From the human T2T-CHM13v2.0 reference genome, Homo sapiens: a DNA stretch of 64,000 bases. Below, in pieces: positions 54,003-64,000 of this stretch. Position 1 is the first letter of the stretch. Each line of letters opens with the position of its first letter. The position numbers were made by a program, and so were the translations under genes. Under the pieces are notes generated by a model, which saw nothing but the letters and a program-made list of their open reading frames with translations, was not told where the DNA came from and did not search any database. The stretch lies in assembly GCF_009914755.1 (NCBI RefSeq), contig NC_060930.1. One strand, given 5' to 3'.

Positions 54003-55461
54003 GTCCAATCAGATTTAATCCAATTCCAAGACCACACCAAGATATATTAAAATTGAATTGTAAAATATCAAAGACAAAAGAGAGGATCCTGAAAGCAGCA
54101 AGAGAAAACAAGCAAGTCACATATAAAGGAGGTTCAATAAAGCTAGCAACAAACAGACTTCTCAACAGAAGCCTTACAAGCCAGGATAGAGGAAGATGAT
54201 ATATTCTGAGTGCTTAAGAAAAAAAAGAAAAAAAAAACCTGTCAACCAAGAATACTGCACCCAGCAAAGCTGTCCTTCAGAAATGAAGGATAAAAGCCTT
54301 TCTCAGACAGACAAAAGCTGAGGGAGTTCATCACCCCAGACCAGTCTTAAGAAATGTTAAAGTGACTAATTAGCATTCTTTTCTTCCAGTTTAAAGAACA
54401 CGAGAAAAGTAAGTCCTTACCTGCCAGTAATTACCTGGCATATCAAATCAAAAGACACAGGGTGACTTAGTAGATTAAAAAAAGGACCCAACTATATGCT
54501 ACTTACAAGAGAATCAGTTCAACCTTAAATGCACACATAGACTGAAGCAAAGGGATAGAAAAAGATATTCTATGCAAATAGAAACCAAAAGAGAGCAGTA
54601 GTTATACACATATCAGATAAAACAGAGGGTTAAAAGCTGTAAAATGAAACAAAGGAGGTTATTATATAATGATAAAGGGGTCAATTCAGGAAGAGCATAT
54701 AACAATTATAAATATATATACAGCCAACATCAGAACACCTAAATATATAAAGCAAATATTAATAGATCTGAAGGGAGAGAGAGATTTTTATAAAATAGTA
54801 ACAGACATCAACAACCCACTTTCAGCAATGAATAGATTATCCAGCCACAAGAAATTAATATAGAAACATTGAAAGTAAATGACCCTATAGACCAAATGGA
54901 CCTAAAAGACATATACAGAACACTGCATCCAACAGCTGCAGAATACACATTCTTCTTAATTGGCATGGCACATTCTCCAGGATAGATCAGATAGATCATA
55001 TGGTAGGCCACAAAATAAGTCTTAATAAATTTAAAGATTGAAATTGTATCAAGCATCTTTTCTGACCACACTGGTATAAAACTAGAAATAAGTAACAGAA
55101 GTTTTGGAAAATTCAAAAATTAATCAATATGCTCCTGAATAACCAATGGGTCAAAGAAGAAATTGAAAGGGAAATTAAAAAAACATCGAGATAAGTGAAA
55201 ATAAATGAACAATATATAAAAGCTTCTGAAATACAGCAAAAGCAGTTCTGAAAGGGAAGTCTATCGCAATGAATGCCTACATCAAAAAAGAAGAAAAATC
55301 TCCAAAAAACTACACTACACCTCAAGGAACTAGAAAAAGGAGAACAAACTAAGCTCCAAAATTAGTCAAAGGAAGGAAATAATGATCAGAGCAGAAATAA
55401 ATAAAATAGAGACTAGAAAAACAATAGAAAAGATCAATGAACATAAAAGCTAATTTCTTAA

Positions 55462-55936
55462 TCCTTTCCCCATCTGCCTCAAGAAAATTTGCCAGCGGTG
55501 CTTGCAGCTGCAGAGTTTATCCAGAAATAACTGCCATGACATATCTTGCTTTGTTATTTTTGCATTACTGTAGTATATCAACTTTGGAAACAAAAGACAT
55601 CATCCTATTTTAGCAGTGATTTTCCATTTACAAAATATGGTAATGCTCAATTGCTGAAAATGTCTAATCCTAGAAAACATAGCATTACTACACATGATGT
55701 TAGTGTCATTTTCAGTTTTTATTTGATGAATCAGATTTTTCTAAAATAGATGATTCTGATGATTCAGAAGATTCTGATGTTAGTTCTGTTTAGAAATAAC
55801 TCCAAGAAAAGTTTTTGTATTTCATTTTCACATTGAAAATTAGTCAGATTTACTTCAGCCTCAAAGAGGGTACTTATGTAAAATTAAATGAGTGCTGGTA
55901 GCAAGTGGTACTTTTTTTTCCTAATTGAGCAAAGGG
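55462..55936 (+). mobile_element. MER75 non-autonomous piggyBac element
   Basis: TTAA at 55458-55461 and 55937-55940; ends tccttt.../...aaaggg; interior matches recalled MER75 and encodes a PGBD4-like N-terminus. Confidence 0.88.
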
Positions 55937-56555
55937 TTAAAAACAGAAGCAAAGTTGACAAATCTTTAGCAAGATTAAGAAAAAAAAACCTGAGGACTCA
56001 AAATGAGTAAGAGGGAGAGATCACAACTGATATCACAGAAATACAAAAAATTATAAAAGACTACTCTGTATAATTATATCTCAACAGATTAGATAGCCTA
56101 AAAGGAATGAATAAATTCTTACACACATTCAACCTACCATGAAATAGAAAAACTGAACAGATCAATAACAAGTAAGACTGAATCAGTAATAGAAAGTGTT
56201 CCCTCAATGAAAAGCCCATACCTTGATGGATTCCTAACTGAATTCTGACAATCACTTGAAGAAAACCTAATTCCAATCCTTCTCAAACTCTTCCAAAATA
56301 TTGAAGAAGAGGAAATATTTCCAAACTTTTTACAAGGCTAGCATCACCCTGATACTAAGGCTGGACAAGGATACTACAAACAATAAAATTACAGGTCAAT
56401 ATCTCCGATGAACATGAATGTGAACATTCTTAACAAAATACTAGCAAATCATATTCAACAGCACATTAAAAGGTTCATTCACCTTGAGCAAGTGAGATTT
56501 AAACTAGGAATATAAGGATGGTTCAACACATGCAAATAATAAATATGGTACATCA

Positions 56556-62919
<6,364 letters not shown>

Positions 62920-64000
62920 AAATATTGTACATCACATTAACAGAACAGAATGAAGGTCAAAAAATATAATCTATAAAATATAATAGATGCAGCAAAAGCA
63001 TTTGAAAAAATTCAACACCCTTTCATGGTAACTTTTAACAAAAAACTTTTAACAAGTTTAGAAGGAATGCACATCAACACAATAAAGACCACATTTGACA
63101 AGCCCATTGCAAACATTATACTCATTGGTGAAAAGTTGAAAGCTTTTCCTTTAAGATCAGGAACAAGAAAAGGATGCCTCTCATCATCTCTTTTCAACAT
63201 ACTATTGAACTTCTAGCCAGAGAAATTAGACAAGAGAAAGAAATAAAAGCATTCAAATTGGAAAAAAAGAAGGTAAATTGGATCTGTTTGCCAGTGAGAT
63301 GATCTTATATATAGAGAACCCTAAGAATTCCCTTAAAAACTAATTAATTAGAATAAATTCAGTAAAGTTGCAGAATAGAAAAATCAACATACAAAGAATC
63401 AGTAGCATTTCTATACATTAGGAATGATCAATCCAAAAAAAAGGAAAAAGAAAAAAATCCTATTTGTGGTAGCTACCAAGAATAAAATACATAGAAATAA
63501 ATTTACCCAAGGAGGTGACAGACATGTATACTGAAAACTCTAAAATACTGGTGAAATAAATTGATGAATACATAAATAAATGAAAAGATATCCCACATTC
63601 ATGGAATTGAAGAATATTGTTAAAACATTCATACTATCCAAAGTGACCTACAGAGTCAATGCAATTTCTATCACAATTCCAATAACATTTTTCACAGAAA
63701 TAGAAATAAATCCTAAAATTTATATGAAACCAGAAAAGACTCCTAATAATCAAAGTAATGTTGAGCAAAAAGAACAAAGCTTGACGTATTGTACTGTACT
63801 ATCTGACTTAAGACTATACCACAAAGCCACAGTAATCAAAACAACATGGCACTGGCATAAAAACAGATACATAGACCAATGGAACACAACAGCAAGCAGA
63901 GAAATATAACTACACATTTACAGTCAATGGATTTTTAATAAAGGTGCCAAGAAGAAACAATGGGGAAACATAATATTTTCAATGAATGGTCTTAGAAAAA

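Overview
Primate (very probably human or great ape) AT-rich genomic DNA, not prokaryotic. It holds the last two coding exons (8676-8744, 22181-22411) and 3' UTR of PRIM2, the DNA primase large subunit p58, on the + strand, followed by about 41 kb of repeat-dense intergenic sequence. The last exon differs at three residues from canonical human p58 as I recall it, so this may be the known pericentromeric segmental-duplication copy rather than the canonical gene. The rest is mostly transposon fossils: two L1PA7-like LINEs (one full length, nested in an older L1), many Alus, MaLR/ERVL LTRs, hAT MITEs, a rare piggyBac MITE (MER75) and a rearranged HERV-L provirus whose two LTR microsatellites have grown into kb-scale arrays, one containing a perfect 33-bp-arm palindrome. 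I see no evidence for a new multi-gene system. The best leads are the PRIM2 paralog signature, the HERV-L architecture and a possible intronic-polyadenylation isoform. Repeat subfamily names come from recalled consensus sequences and need RepeatMasker/Dfam confirmation.
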